DNA of 64,000 bases from an uncultured Clostridia bacterium (lineage in GTDB: Bacteria > Bacillota > Clostridia > Oscillospirales > UMGS1783), in contig CALKPL010000038.1 of the NCBI GenBank assembly GCA_937991645.1, positions 93,648-157,647 on the forward strand, in the 5' to 3' direction. Of the stretch, positions 44,666 to 54,617 are shown in pieces (position 1 is the first letter of the stretch; every line of letters starts with the position of its first letter). A model generated the notes under the pieces. That model was not told where the DNA came from. It worked only from the letters and a program-made list of their open reading frames with translations, and did not search any database. The position numbers and the translations under genes were made by a program.

Positions 44666-46105
44666 ATGGGACGTATGGTAATAAAGAAAAGCTTCACAAA
44701 TCCAAAATCCATTTATGCGATTCTGCTGCTTAGTGTTTTTACTTTTCTATTTCTTGGAGCCGAGTACCTATATGTAAACATGATCTCGCTTACGGCAGGG
44801 GAAGAAAAAACGGTGATTACGCAAAACTACGCGTTAGGAATAAGCGCTGTCGGTTTTTTGCTCTATCCGCTGTTTCATCGCCTTTTGAAAAGGCGGGTAC
44901 AAATCGTTGGACTTTTTATCCTTGCACTAGCAGCGTCAGTATGCAATTTTTTGGTTCAAAAACATGTTTCTTATTCGTCCACTCTGCTCTCCGGAATGGC
45001 ATTGTTCCTGTTTCTGGGGATATTGGGAAGCGCGGCCCACTACCTGTTTTTCAAACTGGCGAGGGATCGCACCCATCTGGCGCGTATGGTTGGTGTCTCC
45101 TATGCCCTTGGGATCTTCCTGCAGTTTCTAAATAACAATCTTGTGGATCTGGAAACTGCGGAAGCCTTGATACTTTCACTCTTTGCCCTTGTAGCGTTAG
45201 CGCTGTTGCTGAAGGCAGAAAGGCTTTGCCGCCAGGAAAACGCAGAAGCGGAAGAACTCCAGTCCCCCGCCATAGAGGATGATGGGAAGGGAACCCGAAA
45301 GAAGATCGCCGCCGGCGGACTCCTTGCACTGCTTGTCATCCTGATGGCATGTATCTTCAGTGCGCTGGACAACGCGGTCACCATGCATCATGCAGCAGGC
45401 ACTGACATCGGGCAATGGCCGCGGCTTTTGCTGGCGGTAAGCGGCCTTTCTGCCGGCTTTCTTTTTGATATCCGAAAGCGGAAATTTATGGCCATGATGA
45501 TGTACTGCGTCATGCTGATGTCCGTCATCTGTGTGGTAGTACTCAAGCTGGGCGGCCCGTTTTTGATCGGCCTGATCGTATTTTATCTTTCGGCTGGATT
45601 TTTTGTGGTATTCTTCACCACCAGCTTTCTGGATTTTGCCCGCCATATGCCCACGCCAGCGCTGTGGGCCGGTATGGGGCGCGCCATGAATAACGTGAGC
45701 GCCGCTTTGCTTACCAACGCCTCTGTAGCGTTGCTTGTTTCTGACAGCAATGGCATGGCATCCATCATTCTGGCACTGGTCCTGTTTGTGGCCGTCAGCG
45801 TAGTCATCTATCTTTATACAGCCTGGATGCCGGTTTCATCCGGCACCCCCAAGGATATCCCGACAGACCTGGACCCTCAGGAAGCGTTCCGTCTTTTGTC
45901 GGAGCTGTTTATCCTTACGCCCAAGGAAACCGAAGTATTTGACAAGCTGGTCAATTCAGAGGAAAGTATTCAGGAGATCGCAGATGGACTGTATCTATCC
46001 CGGCGAACCTGTCAGCGGCATATCGCGGCGATCTATGAGAAAGCGGGTGTAAAATCACGCATGGGATTGTACCAGCTCTACATAGAAAAACAGCGCAGGC
46101 TATGA
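44666..46105 (+). CDS. Polytopic membrane protein with C-terminal LuxR-type HTH
   Basis: About 10 hydrophobic segments, then LTPKETEVFDKLVNSEESIQEIADGLYLSRRTCQRHIAAIYEKAGVKSR (GerE/LuxR HTH). GGGGGTGG RBS. Confidence 0.8.
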   Translation: MGRMVIKKSFTNPKSIYAILLLSVFTFLFLGAEYLYVNMISLTAGEEKTVITQNYALGISAVGFLLYPLFHRLLKRRVQIVGLFILALAASVCNFLVQKHVSYSSTLLSGMALFLFLGILGSAAHYLFFKLARDRTHLARMVGVSYALGIFLQFLNNNLVDLETAEALILSLFALVALALLLKAERLCRQENAEAEELQSPAIEDDGKGTRKKIAAGGLLALLVILMACIFSALDNAVTMHHAAGTDIGQWPRLLLAVSGLSAGFLFDIRKRKFMAMMMYCVMLMSVICVVVLKLGGPFLIGLIVFYLSAGFFVVFFTTSFLDFARHMPTPALWAGMGRAMNNVSAALLTNASVALLVSDSNGMASIILALVLFVAVSVVIYLYTAWMPVSSGTPKDIPTDLDPQEAFRLLSELFILTPKETEVFDKLVNSEESIQEIADGLYLSRRTCQRHIAAIYEKAGVKSRMGLYQLYIEKQRRL

Positions 46106-46124
46106 CAGTCAGAAAGGGATTCGG

Positions 46125-46574
46125 ATGAAGAGGATTAAAATTACCGTTTTGCTGATTTTATTGTGCGTACTGGCGGGGTGTTCCCCAAAAGACACATCGC
46201 TTCGGGCCTATTGCACCGAAAGCCAGCAGGAATTTCTGGATCAGTCGCTGGAAGAGCTGCCGGTCGCGCTTACCTATCATCACAACGATAACATCCTGGG
46301 ACGCTACGAAACGACGGATGAAGAAATCATCTCCGAAATCCTGCAGGCATTACGGGAAACGACCATTGTATCCAAAGCTTTCAGCGGCTCTACAGACAGC
46401 CGGATCCTGGAGTTTGAGACAGCGGATGGGGATACCTGCCTCTTCTGGTTTGATGAAAACCGGTTCCATGGCGCCGGCGGAACATCCTATGTGCTTTCCG
46501 GCGACGAGGAGATCTGGGATCTGGCGCGGAAAATTCAGGAAACATATCCGGAATACAGGGAAGCGATGGAGTAA
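46125..46574 (+). CDS. Lipoprotein, unknown function (paralogue of 42830-43339)
   Basis: Lipobox VLAGC. See 42830-43339. Confidence 0.8.
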   Translation: MKRIKITVLLILLCVLAGCSPKDTSLRAYCTESQQEFLDQSLEELPVALTYHHNDNILGRYETTDEEIISEILQALRETTIVSKAFSGSTDSRILEFETADGDTCLFWFDENRFHGAGGTSYVLSGDEEIWDLARKIQETYPEYREAME

Positions 46575-46592
46575 AAAGGCAGATCGAAAAAG

Positions 46593-46654
46593 CCGGGTGT
46601 TCCTTGCTTGTATGCAGCTAAGGCCGCGTAAGCAGGGAACGCCCGGTTTATTTA
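46593..46654 (+). terminator. Intrinsic terminator (long imperfect hairpin)
   Basis: ccgggtgttccttgctt..aagcagggaacgcccgg followed by tttattta. Confidence 0.55.
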
Positions 46655-46733
46655 TATTCGTTTTTCAAACGAGAGGGAGCCTCGGGTTTGGCTTCATTTG
46701 TTCGCTTTCCCCTTCCACACAAAACTCAACCCT

Positions 46734-47204
46734 CTATTTCAGAAATTTCCGGATTTTTTTCAGAGCTGCCGCTATGGACTTCTGTACCGCCTGATAGCTG
46801 CACCCTTCCCGCACCGCAATCTCCTCATAGGTAAGCCCGTCAAAGAAATACATCTGCAGCCTTCTTTTCTGGACTTCCGGCAGCTGGTTGACGCCCTCCC
46901 GGAGCGCCTGCGTCTGCATGGATTCATAGACGGCGTCCTCCACCGGGGCCGGCTCCTGTGCCGAACGACGGCTCAGCAGCTCTTCGTTCAGCTCGGTCCA
47001 GTCAAGGTGCCTCTCCTGCTCGTTAAGGAAGGAGAGATCGTCCAACTCAAACCGGTCAAACACGGCATAGAGCTTCACATCCAGTTCCAGCCTGTGTGGT
47101 ACGCCCTGGCCGTCCCTGAAAGATAGATAACATTTCCCGTCGATCATCGACAGGGTATAGGGGTTATACTTGTCCTTTCTTCTCTTTGGATGCCTGTCAT
47201 CCAT
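46734..47204 (-). CDS. Sigma-70 region-4-type HTH protein (mobile-element regulator)
   Basis: LPEVQKRRLQMYFFDGLTYEEIAVREGCSYQAVQKSIAAALKKIRKFL. GGAGGA lies 7 nt before the ATG at 47204. Confidence 0.7.
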   Translation of the reverse strand: MDDRHPKRRKDKYNPYTLSMIDGKCYLSFRDGQGVPHRLELDVKLYAVFDRFELDDLSFLNEQERHLDWTELNEELLSRRSAQEPAPVEDAVYESMQTQALREGVNQLPEVQKRRLQMYFFDGLTYEEIAVREGCSYQAVQKSIAAALKKIRKFLK

Positions 47205-47415
47205 CTCTTTGTCCTCCAATCAATCGTTTTTGAGTGAATCAAAACGATTGACCGGTGGACTTCGGCAATGAAATCCGCCATGATACGCAAAAGCGCCCAC
47301 AGCAAGATTGCTGTAGGCGCAAAGCGGCACTATGGGGCGGTTTGAATCGCAGCGGTTCGGTGGGGTGGCATAAAATGGCCGCAAAAATCCTGTAAGGTCT
47401 GATCGTAAGCCTGAT

Positions 47416-47450
47416 AAGAAAAAACGCCGCCCTCCCGGCCGGAAGGCGGC
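47416..47450 (-). terminator. Intrinsic terminator
   Basis: The minus strand reads gccgccttcc-ggccg-ggagggcggc followed by gttttttctt. Confidence 0.6.
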
Positions 47451-47651
47451 TTGCGTTGTATGGTTCGCATACATGGACAGCCACCCGCCTGCGCTGTATT
47501 TCCGGCGTTTTTAACCTACGGAAATCTATACTAACAAACAGCTCCCTAAACTTTTTCGTTTTTTTCGTTTTTCTTTGGAGCTCCAACAATGTGATTCCTT
47601 CTATCTGCATCATATTTTCCATCGTACGTTTCATATCCAAAACCGGCGAAA

Positions 47652-47700
47652 TAAAAAGTGCCTTCCTTGGGGCGCCCTCCGTAAGGAAGGTGCCCCAAGG
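47652..47700 (-). terminator. Possible terminator after the recombinase remnant
   Basis: 9-bp stem ccttggggc / gccccaagg, with a T-run 6 nt downstream on the minus strand. Confidence 0.4.
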
Positions 47701-47753
47701 TCGCTCTTGTAATTGAATTAAATATTGATTGTTTTGGACGGTGTAGTCATTGG

Positions 47754-49322
47754 CTATGCCGTCTTTACTTTGTTGTGCTTGCGTTTAATAAGGTGTTCCT
47801 GAAAGGCTTCTTCCATTTCTTCAGGGGTAAGCCCTCGTATCACACCAACGCCGTTGTAATAGATGTCCATTAGCTGATAACGCTTTCCGTCAAGGTGTCT
47901 CGGTTCGTGTATCACAATCTTTTCAATGAACTCGTGTACCAGTTCGGGAGTAAGCTTGGTTGGCTGTGTAATCTGCTTTACCTTGTCAATAAAACGCTGT
48001 AAGCCTTCAGACTTGTCCGTTTCGGTTTCAAGGTACGCCTGCATATCGGGTATCGCTTCTTTGAGATTTTTCTGTTCTTCCTCATACGCCATTGACATTG
48101 TGGCAAAGCGTTCATCGGAAATCTTACCCATTGCATTGTCCTCGTAAATCTTCTGAATCAGCGTATCAATATCTTTGACACGCTTCTCGGTTTTGGTAAG
48201 TTCCCTGCGCTTTTCGGACAGTTCCTTTTGCTTTTCCTCTCCATAGCATTTCATCTGCTGTTTGGCAAACTCTTTCTCGTAAGCCTGAACATAACGAAAT
48301 ACTCGCCGCATATTCTCGAGAACATTTTCCTCAACCACTTTTTCTCGGATATAGTGTGCAGAACACACTTCGGAATTTTTACGATAGGAAGAACAGAAGA
48401 AATAGGCTTGCTCTCGCTTGTAATTGTTTGTCACGCTGTAGTATAGCTTTTCTCCACAATCGGCACAGTAAAGAAGTCCCGAAAACATACTGACAATTCC
48501 GCTTTTTGTAGGTCTCCGGCGGTGCTGTCTGAGTTCTTGCACAAGCTCAAAGGTTTCACGGTCGATAATGGCAGGGTGCGTGTTCGGGAAGATCTGCCAT
48601 TCCTCCTGCGGTCTTTCAATCTTCTTTTTGTTCTTGAAAGACTTTGTTGTACTTCGGAAGTTTACTGTATCGCCACAATACTCTTGTTTGGAAAGAATAC
48701 TCGCAACCGTATCCGAACACCAGTTGAATTGTCTTGCAGGCGGATTGCCGCAGTTTCTTCCGATACTGTTCCAATATTCTGTAGGCGTAAGAACTTTTTC
48801 AGAACGAAGCCTTTTTGCTATCTGCGTCGGTCCTAAACCTGAAACGCACAGTGCAAAGATTTGCCTGACAATCTTTGCGGCAGGCTCGTCTATCAGCCAT
48901 TCCTTTGGGTTTTCGGGATTTTTCATATACCCGAAAGGCGGATTGGTAGTAAGCGGTATGCCTGCCATTCCCTTGTTCTTGAAAACATTGCGTACCTTTT
49001 GACTTGTATTCTTTGCGTGCCATTCGTTGAATAAGTCTTGCATAGGAACAATGTCGCTTAGTTCTTTTGCGGTATCAATATTATCCATAATGGCGATATA
49101 TCGAATACCCAATCGGTCAAATTCTTCTTCCAAAAGCTGACCGACAATCAAGCGGTTTCGTCCCAATCTCGAATGGTCTTTGACGATAAGATTAGCAATC
49201 AATCCTTGTTCCGCAAGCTCCATAATCTCTGTAAAAGCAGGTCTTGCGAAAGTTACGCCCGACCAACCGTCGTCAATAAATACACGGGTATTTTTGAATC
49301 CGTTCTCCTTTGCGTAGACAAT
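47754..49322 (-). pseudogene. 5'-truncated large serine recombinase
   Basis: ..VYAKENGFKNTRVFIDDGWSGVTFARPAFTEIMELAEQGLIANLIVKDHSRLGRN.. is the resolvase-domain core. The recombinase and zinc-ribbon region (..LLYCADCGEKLYY..) and a coiled coil follow. The frame opens just after a TAA at 49323-49325. The first ~35-40 residues, including the catalytic-Ser segment, are missing. Confidence 0.8.
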
Positions 49323-49546
49323 TTATTATAGCATAGGACTTTATACAGCATAAATCAACACCAATTATTCATCAAACATCCCCCGGCACAGAAAATGAAT
49401 TCTTTCCTAATCAGTGCATCCAAACATGTTTTACACTACTCTGCATTACAGGAAAGATGAATTGAACATATAGAATATTGATTTCTGAATGAAATACGTT
49501 TTAAGCAGATAGAAAGATTGAAAAATAACTATTGATCTAGCATATA

Positions 49547-49596
49547 TAAAAGCTGCTGAGGATAGACGTTCGCCTATCCTCAGCAGCTTTCTTTTT
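49547..49596. terminator. Bidirectional terminator
   Basis: Perfect 15-bp stem agctgctgaggatag / ctatcctcagcagct, aaaa before and ttcttttt after. Confidence 0.65.
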
Positions 49597-49614
49597 CCCT
49601 CAAACTTCCTCGGG

Positions 49615-49809
49615 TCACACAGTTTTTTTGATTTTTAAAACCCGCCTTAACAGAGAAACTGCGTGTCTATGCAAAAAGGGATCCAGCAGCGATTTTTCTA
49701 ACCATTCACTGCTTTGGCAATATATAGTGCCATCTTTATACTTCCAAACATATCCTGCAGCCTTGCGAAGATCAATTGTTTTCTTTTTATCGCCAAGTAA
49801 AATTGTCAT
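49615..49809 (-). CDS. Possible small protein (64 aa)
   Basis: ORF followed by the 49547-49596 terminator. No motif. AT-rich context. Confidence 0.3.
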   Translation of the reverse strand: MTILLGDKKKTIDLRKAAGYVWKYKDGTIYCQSSEWLEKSLLDPFLHRHAVSLLRRVLKIKKTV

Positions 49810-50114
49810 CTTTTTGTCTTCGTGATTAATCTGAAAATATACATCATAATAATATATATCATAAATTCAACGATATTGCAAGATGTTTAAAGCGGAAAGT
49901 GTGATTGATAAGATCATTGTCGATTTCATACAGCACAAATAAGCCTTTTCAAGCAAAGAAAACGAAAAGACTTGATTTGTTATACACTTTTTTCTGTTGC
50001 TGGCGCTCACAGTTTGGCTGTGGGCGCTTTTTGCAGTTTGTTGTACAACATAATGTGGATTATGTTGCATAACAGCCAAGTAAACAGAATTTATGAAATT
50101 TAGGAAGAATAAGA

Positions 50115-53075
50115 ATGTGTATCACTAAAAAGCGCTTGTTAAGCCTACTGTTGACTTTATGCATGGTAATCGGTTTAATGCCTTCCACGATATTTGCAAG
50201 TGGATCGGCGAAAGAAACTGCGGTTGCGGTGCCATCGGAAGCTCTGGTCATTGAAAACGGAGTGTACTACGGTATTTCCAAGAGCTGGTTTGAATCGTAC
50301 AATCCTAATGGAGAAAAGCTGTCTTTTTCAGTCGAAATTCCAAACAGCGTAACCACTATTTGTAAAGATGGATTCAGAGACAGCTGGTCAAATGAAAAAC
50401 AGAAAAAAGGGTGTATCACGAATTATAATTATGCCGGCGACAAAACATATACGGATAAATATACTATTGTAGACATTGATTTTACAAATGCCGGAAATCT
50501 ATTGACAATAGGCGAACAAGCTGCTATGGGATGCCCTGTAGAGGGTGTGTTGAATTTATCCGGCACAAAGGTTGAAACAATAGGAAAGAATGCATTTAAA
50601 GACTGCACGGGGATTACCGGAGTCATTCTTCCGTCAACCTTGAAGAATATAGGAAGCACAAGCAGCGGAAGTGTCTTTTATGGCTGTTCCGGCATGCAGT
50701 TTGTGCGGACTGCCGGAAAAAATCCCGAAGCGGTCTTTGAACTTCCCGATCATCTGGAAGTGATAGGAAATCAGAGCTTTTACAAATGTACCGGATTACC
50801 GGCAGACACAGCCATAACAATCCCGGCTTCTGTTATTTATGTAGGAAGCGAAGTATTCAACTATACCCCGTCCATTACCACGATTGTTGTAAAAACAAAT
50901 GACGCTAGTAATTATCATGGCAAAGCATTTTCTGACAGTACCAATAAATATGGGATAGGATACCGTTTGACCGTTTTCAATAATTCTGCTGCAAAAAAGA
51001 CATTTACGCCAAGTGGATTGACCTCGTATAAGAATTCGCTGACTTATGAATTTACACTACATTACGGAGACAGCGAAGATGCCGTAACAGAATCAAAACT
51101 TTATGGGCAGTCTGTCAACGTCTGCAAAAATGCTGACGGATCATGGGCGATAAACGAGGATTATCAGATCCCGGAAGCGCCATCCGAAAACGCGCCTGTG
51201 GGCTATGCTGGCGGCTGGGAATATAACGGAAACATCCTGACAGCCAAAACAGTTTTGAAACCAGACGGTGATGATCTCTATTTGGACACAGGTTTTGTTT
51301 TGCAGAATCCAACTATTGAATTTATTGTGGACGGAAACGCAATCGAAACTGAAAATACATATCCCAAACTCATTTTATCCAATGACAGGGAGCACACGAT
51401 CGGCGTTCATGTCACCCACCCCATTGAAACAGTCGAAGATGCAGATGTGCGTGTGAAATTTGAGTATGCGTGGACTGATGTATGGGAAGGCGGCAGTGAA
51501 GGCCCACGTATGCAAGAGTCCGGCTTCGGAAGATATAATTTATGGGATAATCCCAATGTAACAAATACCATCCCGATCAACGGACCGGAACATGAGAGAA
51601 CATCCGCAGGAAATTATTCCGGTGAAGATTACGGCGATGGGTATTATCTGCTGGAAGTATACGGGTATTATATACCTAAGACAGGCGGACAATGGAAGCT
51701 TTTTTATAAATCGGCAAGCACCGTCATCGGCTCCGATCCCGAAAGGACGGTAAACACAGCATATATGTTTGATATTATTACATCTGCTCCGGCAGAAATT
51801 CCTGCGGTTTCTATTGAGGATATTACTGTTGAATACGGATATGACAATGCAGGTTTTACAGCTACGGTTAACGAGCTGGAAGGATATATTTATGCATATC
51901 AATGGTATGCGGCAGATGGTGAAGGACAGTCAAAAGATGGGCGCAAAATCGAAGGGGCAATAGATAAAAACTATTCTATTCCTACAGGGAAAAATGCAGG
52001 AAATTATTATTACTATCTTGAAATCACTGCGAAAAAGACGGATAACGGCGATACCGTTACTACTGCAGTGCCGGTTAAGATGACCGTTACTCCCAAAATT
52101 ATAACGGTAGTGCCGAACGAAGGTCAAAAGAGATATTTTGGTCAGCAGGATCCAGTTTTCGAATATACTCTATCTGAAGATTGTGACGCAGCGATAACTG
52201 GTTCGCTTCAAAGAGAACCGGGCGAAGAAATTGGAAGCTATGCTTTTACAATGGGAACCATAGCTACCGACAATCCGAATTACGAGTTGAAATTTACAGA
52301 AGAGACCTTTACTTTTACCATTCAGGAATATAAGGCGGAAGCAATCTTATCGCCGGAACAGCCTGATGGAGATGACGGCTGGTATTCCTCAAACATAACC
52401 GTTACTCCTCCGGAGGGTCATTCGATTCGTATTGACGGCGGAAAGACATGGAGTACGGAGCGAATTGTTTTCAATGAATACGACGGTGATTTTGAATACC
52501 TGTTACGCTCCGACAAAGAAGATGATACAAAGGGCGCTGTAGCCCGCAATACAAAGCATCTGAAGATTGACACCACCGTTCCGCTCATCGGTGGAATTGA
52601 AGACGGGAAAACATATTGCTTGGAAACAAAATTTCAAGCCACAGATAAAAACCTGAAAAATGTAACGGTAAACGGCCAGACTGTATCGCTTAATGATGGT
52701 TTCTATATTTTGGCTGCTGGCAAATACGACATCATCGCTTCCGATTTTGCCGGAAACAGTATCACAGTATCTGTGACAGTCAATGCCGAGCATGCTTTTG
52801 GTGATTGGAATGTAACAAAGGATGAGACAGCGACTGAAAAGGGCGTAAAAGAGCGTATCTGTTCCGTATGCGGCTATAAGGAAACAGCCGATGTCCCTGC
52901 AATCGGCGTTCCTGAAGAACCATCTACTCCGGAAAGTCCTGATAATCCCGGCGATACGAATGCCCCTCGAACTGGCGATAGCAGCAATATTGCGCTATGG
53001 ATTGCTTTAATGTTTGTTTCCGGCACTTTGTTTGTTATTGCAGGAGCTTATGAAAAGAAAACGCGTGTGAAATAA
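50115..53075 (+). CDS. Sortase-anchored surface protein (BspA-type LRR N-terminus, Ig/MBG-like middle, CxxC module)
   Basis: Signal peptide. LRR_5-like units (..VETIGKNAFKDCTGITGVILPSTLKNIG..). ..YFGQQDPVFEYT..GSYAF.. is an MBG-like segment. HAFGDWNVTKDETATEKGVKERICSVCGY. C-terminal APRTGD + helix + KKTRVK. Confidence 0.9.
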   Translation: MCITKKRLLSLLLTLCMVIGLMPSTIFASGSAKETAVAVPSEALVIENGVYYGISKSWFESYNPNGEKLSFSVEIPNSVTTICKDGFRDSWSNEKQKKGCITNYNYAGDKTYTDKYTIVDIDFTNAGNLLTIGEQAAMGCPVEGVLNLSGTKVETIGKNAFKDCTGITGVILPSTLKNIGSTSSGSVFYGCSGMQFVRTAGKNPEAVFELPDHLEVIGNQSFYKCTGLPADTAITIPASVIYVGSEVFNYTPSITTIVVKTNDASNYHGKAFSDSTNKYGIGYRLTVFNNSAAKKTFTPSGLTSYKNSLTYEFTLHYGDSEDAVTESKLYGQSVNVCKNADGSWAINEDYQIPEAPSENAPVGYAGGWEYNGNILTAKTVLKPDGDDLYLDTGFVLQNPTIEFIVDGNAIETENTYPKLILSNDREHTIGVHVTHPIETVEDADVRVKFEYAWTDVWEGGSEGPRMQESGFGRYNLWDNPNVTNTIPINGPEHERTSAGNYSGEDYGDGYYLLEVYGYYIPKTGGQWKLFYKSASTVIGSDPERTVNTAYMFDIITSAPAEIPAVSIEDITVEYGYDNAGFTATVNELEGYIYAYQWYAADGEGQSKDGRKIEGAIDKNYSIPTGKNAGNYYYYLEITAKKTDNGDTVTTAVPVKMTVTPKIITVVPNEGQKRYFGQQDPVFEYTLSEDCDAAITGSLQREPGEEIGSYAFTMGTIATDNPNYELKFTEETFTFTIQEYKAEAILSPEQPDGDDGWYSSNITVTPPEGHSIRIDGGKTWSTERIVFNEYDGDFEYLLRSDKEDDTKGAVARNTKHLKIDTTVPLIGGIEDGKTYCLETKFQATDKNLKNVTVNGQTVSLNDGFYILAAGKYDIIASDFAGNSITVSVTVNAEHAFGDWNVTKDETATEKGVKERICSVCGYKETADVPAIGVPEEPSTPESPDNPGDTNAPRTGDSSNIALWIALMFVSGTLFVIAGAYEKKTRVK

Positions 53076-53138
53076 TCGGTATAAATCGTGATGCGGCGGC
53101 GAAAATATCGCTGCCGCATCTTACACAACTCGCAGAAA

Positions 53139-53184
53139 GCAAAAGCGCTTAGGGCCGAATGTCCCTAAGCGCTTTTGCTTTTTA
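53139..53184. terminator. Bidirectional terminator between convergent genes
   Basis: 16-bp stem gcaaaagcgcttaggg / ccctaagcgcttttgc followed by ttttta. The right arm overlaps the last codons of the CotH gene. Confidence 0.6.
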
Positions 53185-54613
53185 TGGTATCCAGAGCAGT
53201 GTCTTGTTTATTTTTTGCCGCTTCCAAATCCCCAAAATCCCCCAAGTCGGTCAGTTGAACTTCCGAAGCGTCCACTTTGGCGTCCGGATTTTCCTGCCGG
53301 CCCCGGATGGTGGCGGGAATTTCTCCGTCCAGCTGTCCGCGGACACTCTGCGCCCGGAGCAGGCAGACCTGTTCCAGCGTATCCACTGCCTGCTGATGGT
53401 CTTCAAAGGAGCAAAACGCAGTCGGATCCTTTTGGACATAGGGAGCAATCCGCTTTTCCGCCTGTCGGAGGGTGACTTCAAACCGTCCGCTTTCAAAGTA
53501 CTTCGATAGGAGTTCGTCGAAATAGGCGTGATAGCGGGTTAAGTATTCGTCGTGCTTCATAACGTTGTGGTACAGCGGCCGGTTCAGCATAACCTTGCCT
53601 TCCGCCGGGGTGTTAATCGGGTAGTTGATGAGGATATCGGCGTCCTTTATAGGGTTCGTCATCCCCAGGGCGTAGGTGCCGAAGGCCAGGTTGTAATCCC
53701 AGGGCAGGATGCTGAGAACTCCGTCTTCCTCATACAAAAAGTAATTGTGTCCGGTATAACCCAGATAGCTGTCCCAATTCATTACAAAGACCTGCACGGT
53801 GAAATATCGCAGCACCTCGTCCACGTTGACGGCGGTCTCCAGGTTTTCACCGGTAGACAGGATTTTCAGCGCCTCAATCACCCGTTCCTGATCGGCATCC
53901 GACACCTTGAATTTGGCGTTTTCAAAAATCCCGGGATAGCTTTCCGGGTTATCGTCGATATATTTCAGCGCTACATCGTCGTTTTCCGCATTCAGGGAAC
54001 GGTAATCCGGCTTGTACAGCTTCCCGTAATCATTCCCAAAATTTCGCCGAGTAAAAGCTTCCTCCGGCTCCTCAATCGCCAAAAACAGTCCCCAGTCCTC
54101 TCCATTGACGGTCACCCAAGTATAGCTGCAAAGAGGAGTCGGGACGCCCATAAACGCCATCATATCATAGGCCATGTAGGTTTTCAGGTAGCTGTTGTCC
54201 TGAAAGGACGCGTCCAGGGAAAATTTGTCCAGTCCATAGTAATTACCGCCGTCCAGAAACTGGTCGAATTCCAGCTTGAGGCTGTAGCGGGAAAGCCCAT
54301 ATTCTTCCGTCAGTCGCAAAGAATTGTTTCCCTTTGCCCGCAGCCCAATATTATGAAACTCCTCTCCGTCGATTTCGACGGTGCAGGCCACATATTCTTC
54401 CTTTTCAGCGTCCTCGATAAAAGCGCCCCAGTCCTCGATTTGAATATCAATAGCGTGCACACGGCTATCGTCAAACAACCGCGTTACATATCCGGGATTT
54501 GCGCTGGCCCTGGGAATGCCCAGCTGCTCGCCAAACATCAGCAGCAGGGTGAGGAGGGCTGCCAAAACCGCCGCGCCAATACAGATTGGGTCGACATACT
54601 TATGCTTTACCAT
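53165..54613 (-). CDS. cotH: CotH-family kinase-like protein
   Basis: N-terminal TM segment. ..YSLKLEFDQF..YYGLDKFSLDASFQDNSYLKTYMAYDMM..GKLYKPD..WDYNLAFG is the CotH pattern as I recall it. Confidence 0.8.
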   Translation of the reverse strand: MVKHKYVDPICIGAAVLAALLTLLLMFGEQLGIPRASANPGYVTRLFDDSRVHAIDIQIEDWGAFIEDAEKEEYVACTVEIDGEEFHNIGLRAKGNNSLRLTEEYGLSRYSLKLEFDQFLDGGNYYGLDKFSLDASFQDNSYLKTYMAYDMMAFMGVPTPLCSYTWVTVNGEDWGLFLAIEEPEEAFTRRNFGNDYGKLYKPDYRSLNAENDDVALKYIDDNPESYPGIFENAKFKVSDADQERVIEALKILSTGENLETAVNVDEVLRYFTVQVFVMNWDSYLGYTGHNYFLYEEDGVLSILPWDYNLAFGTYALGMTNPIKDADILINYPINTPAEGKVMLNRPLYHNVMKHDEYLTRYHAYFDELLSKYFESGRFEVTLRQAEKRIAPYVQKDPTAFCSFEDHQQAVDTLEQVCLLRAQSVRGQLDGEIPATIRGRQENPDAKVDASEVQLTDLGDFGDLEAAKNKQDTALDTIKSKSA

Positions 54614-54617
54614 CGCT

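Noticed and set aside
49323-50114. Invertible promoter (inverton) between the serine recombinase and the surface-protein gene
   Set aside because: The recombinase is a truncated large serine recombinase lacking its catalytic segment. I found no pair of inverted repeats flanking a promoter in 49.3-50.1 kb, only ordinary terminator hairpins at 49547-49596 and about 50000-50035.
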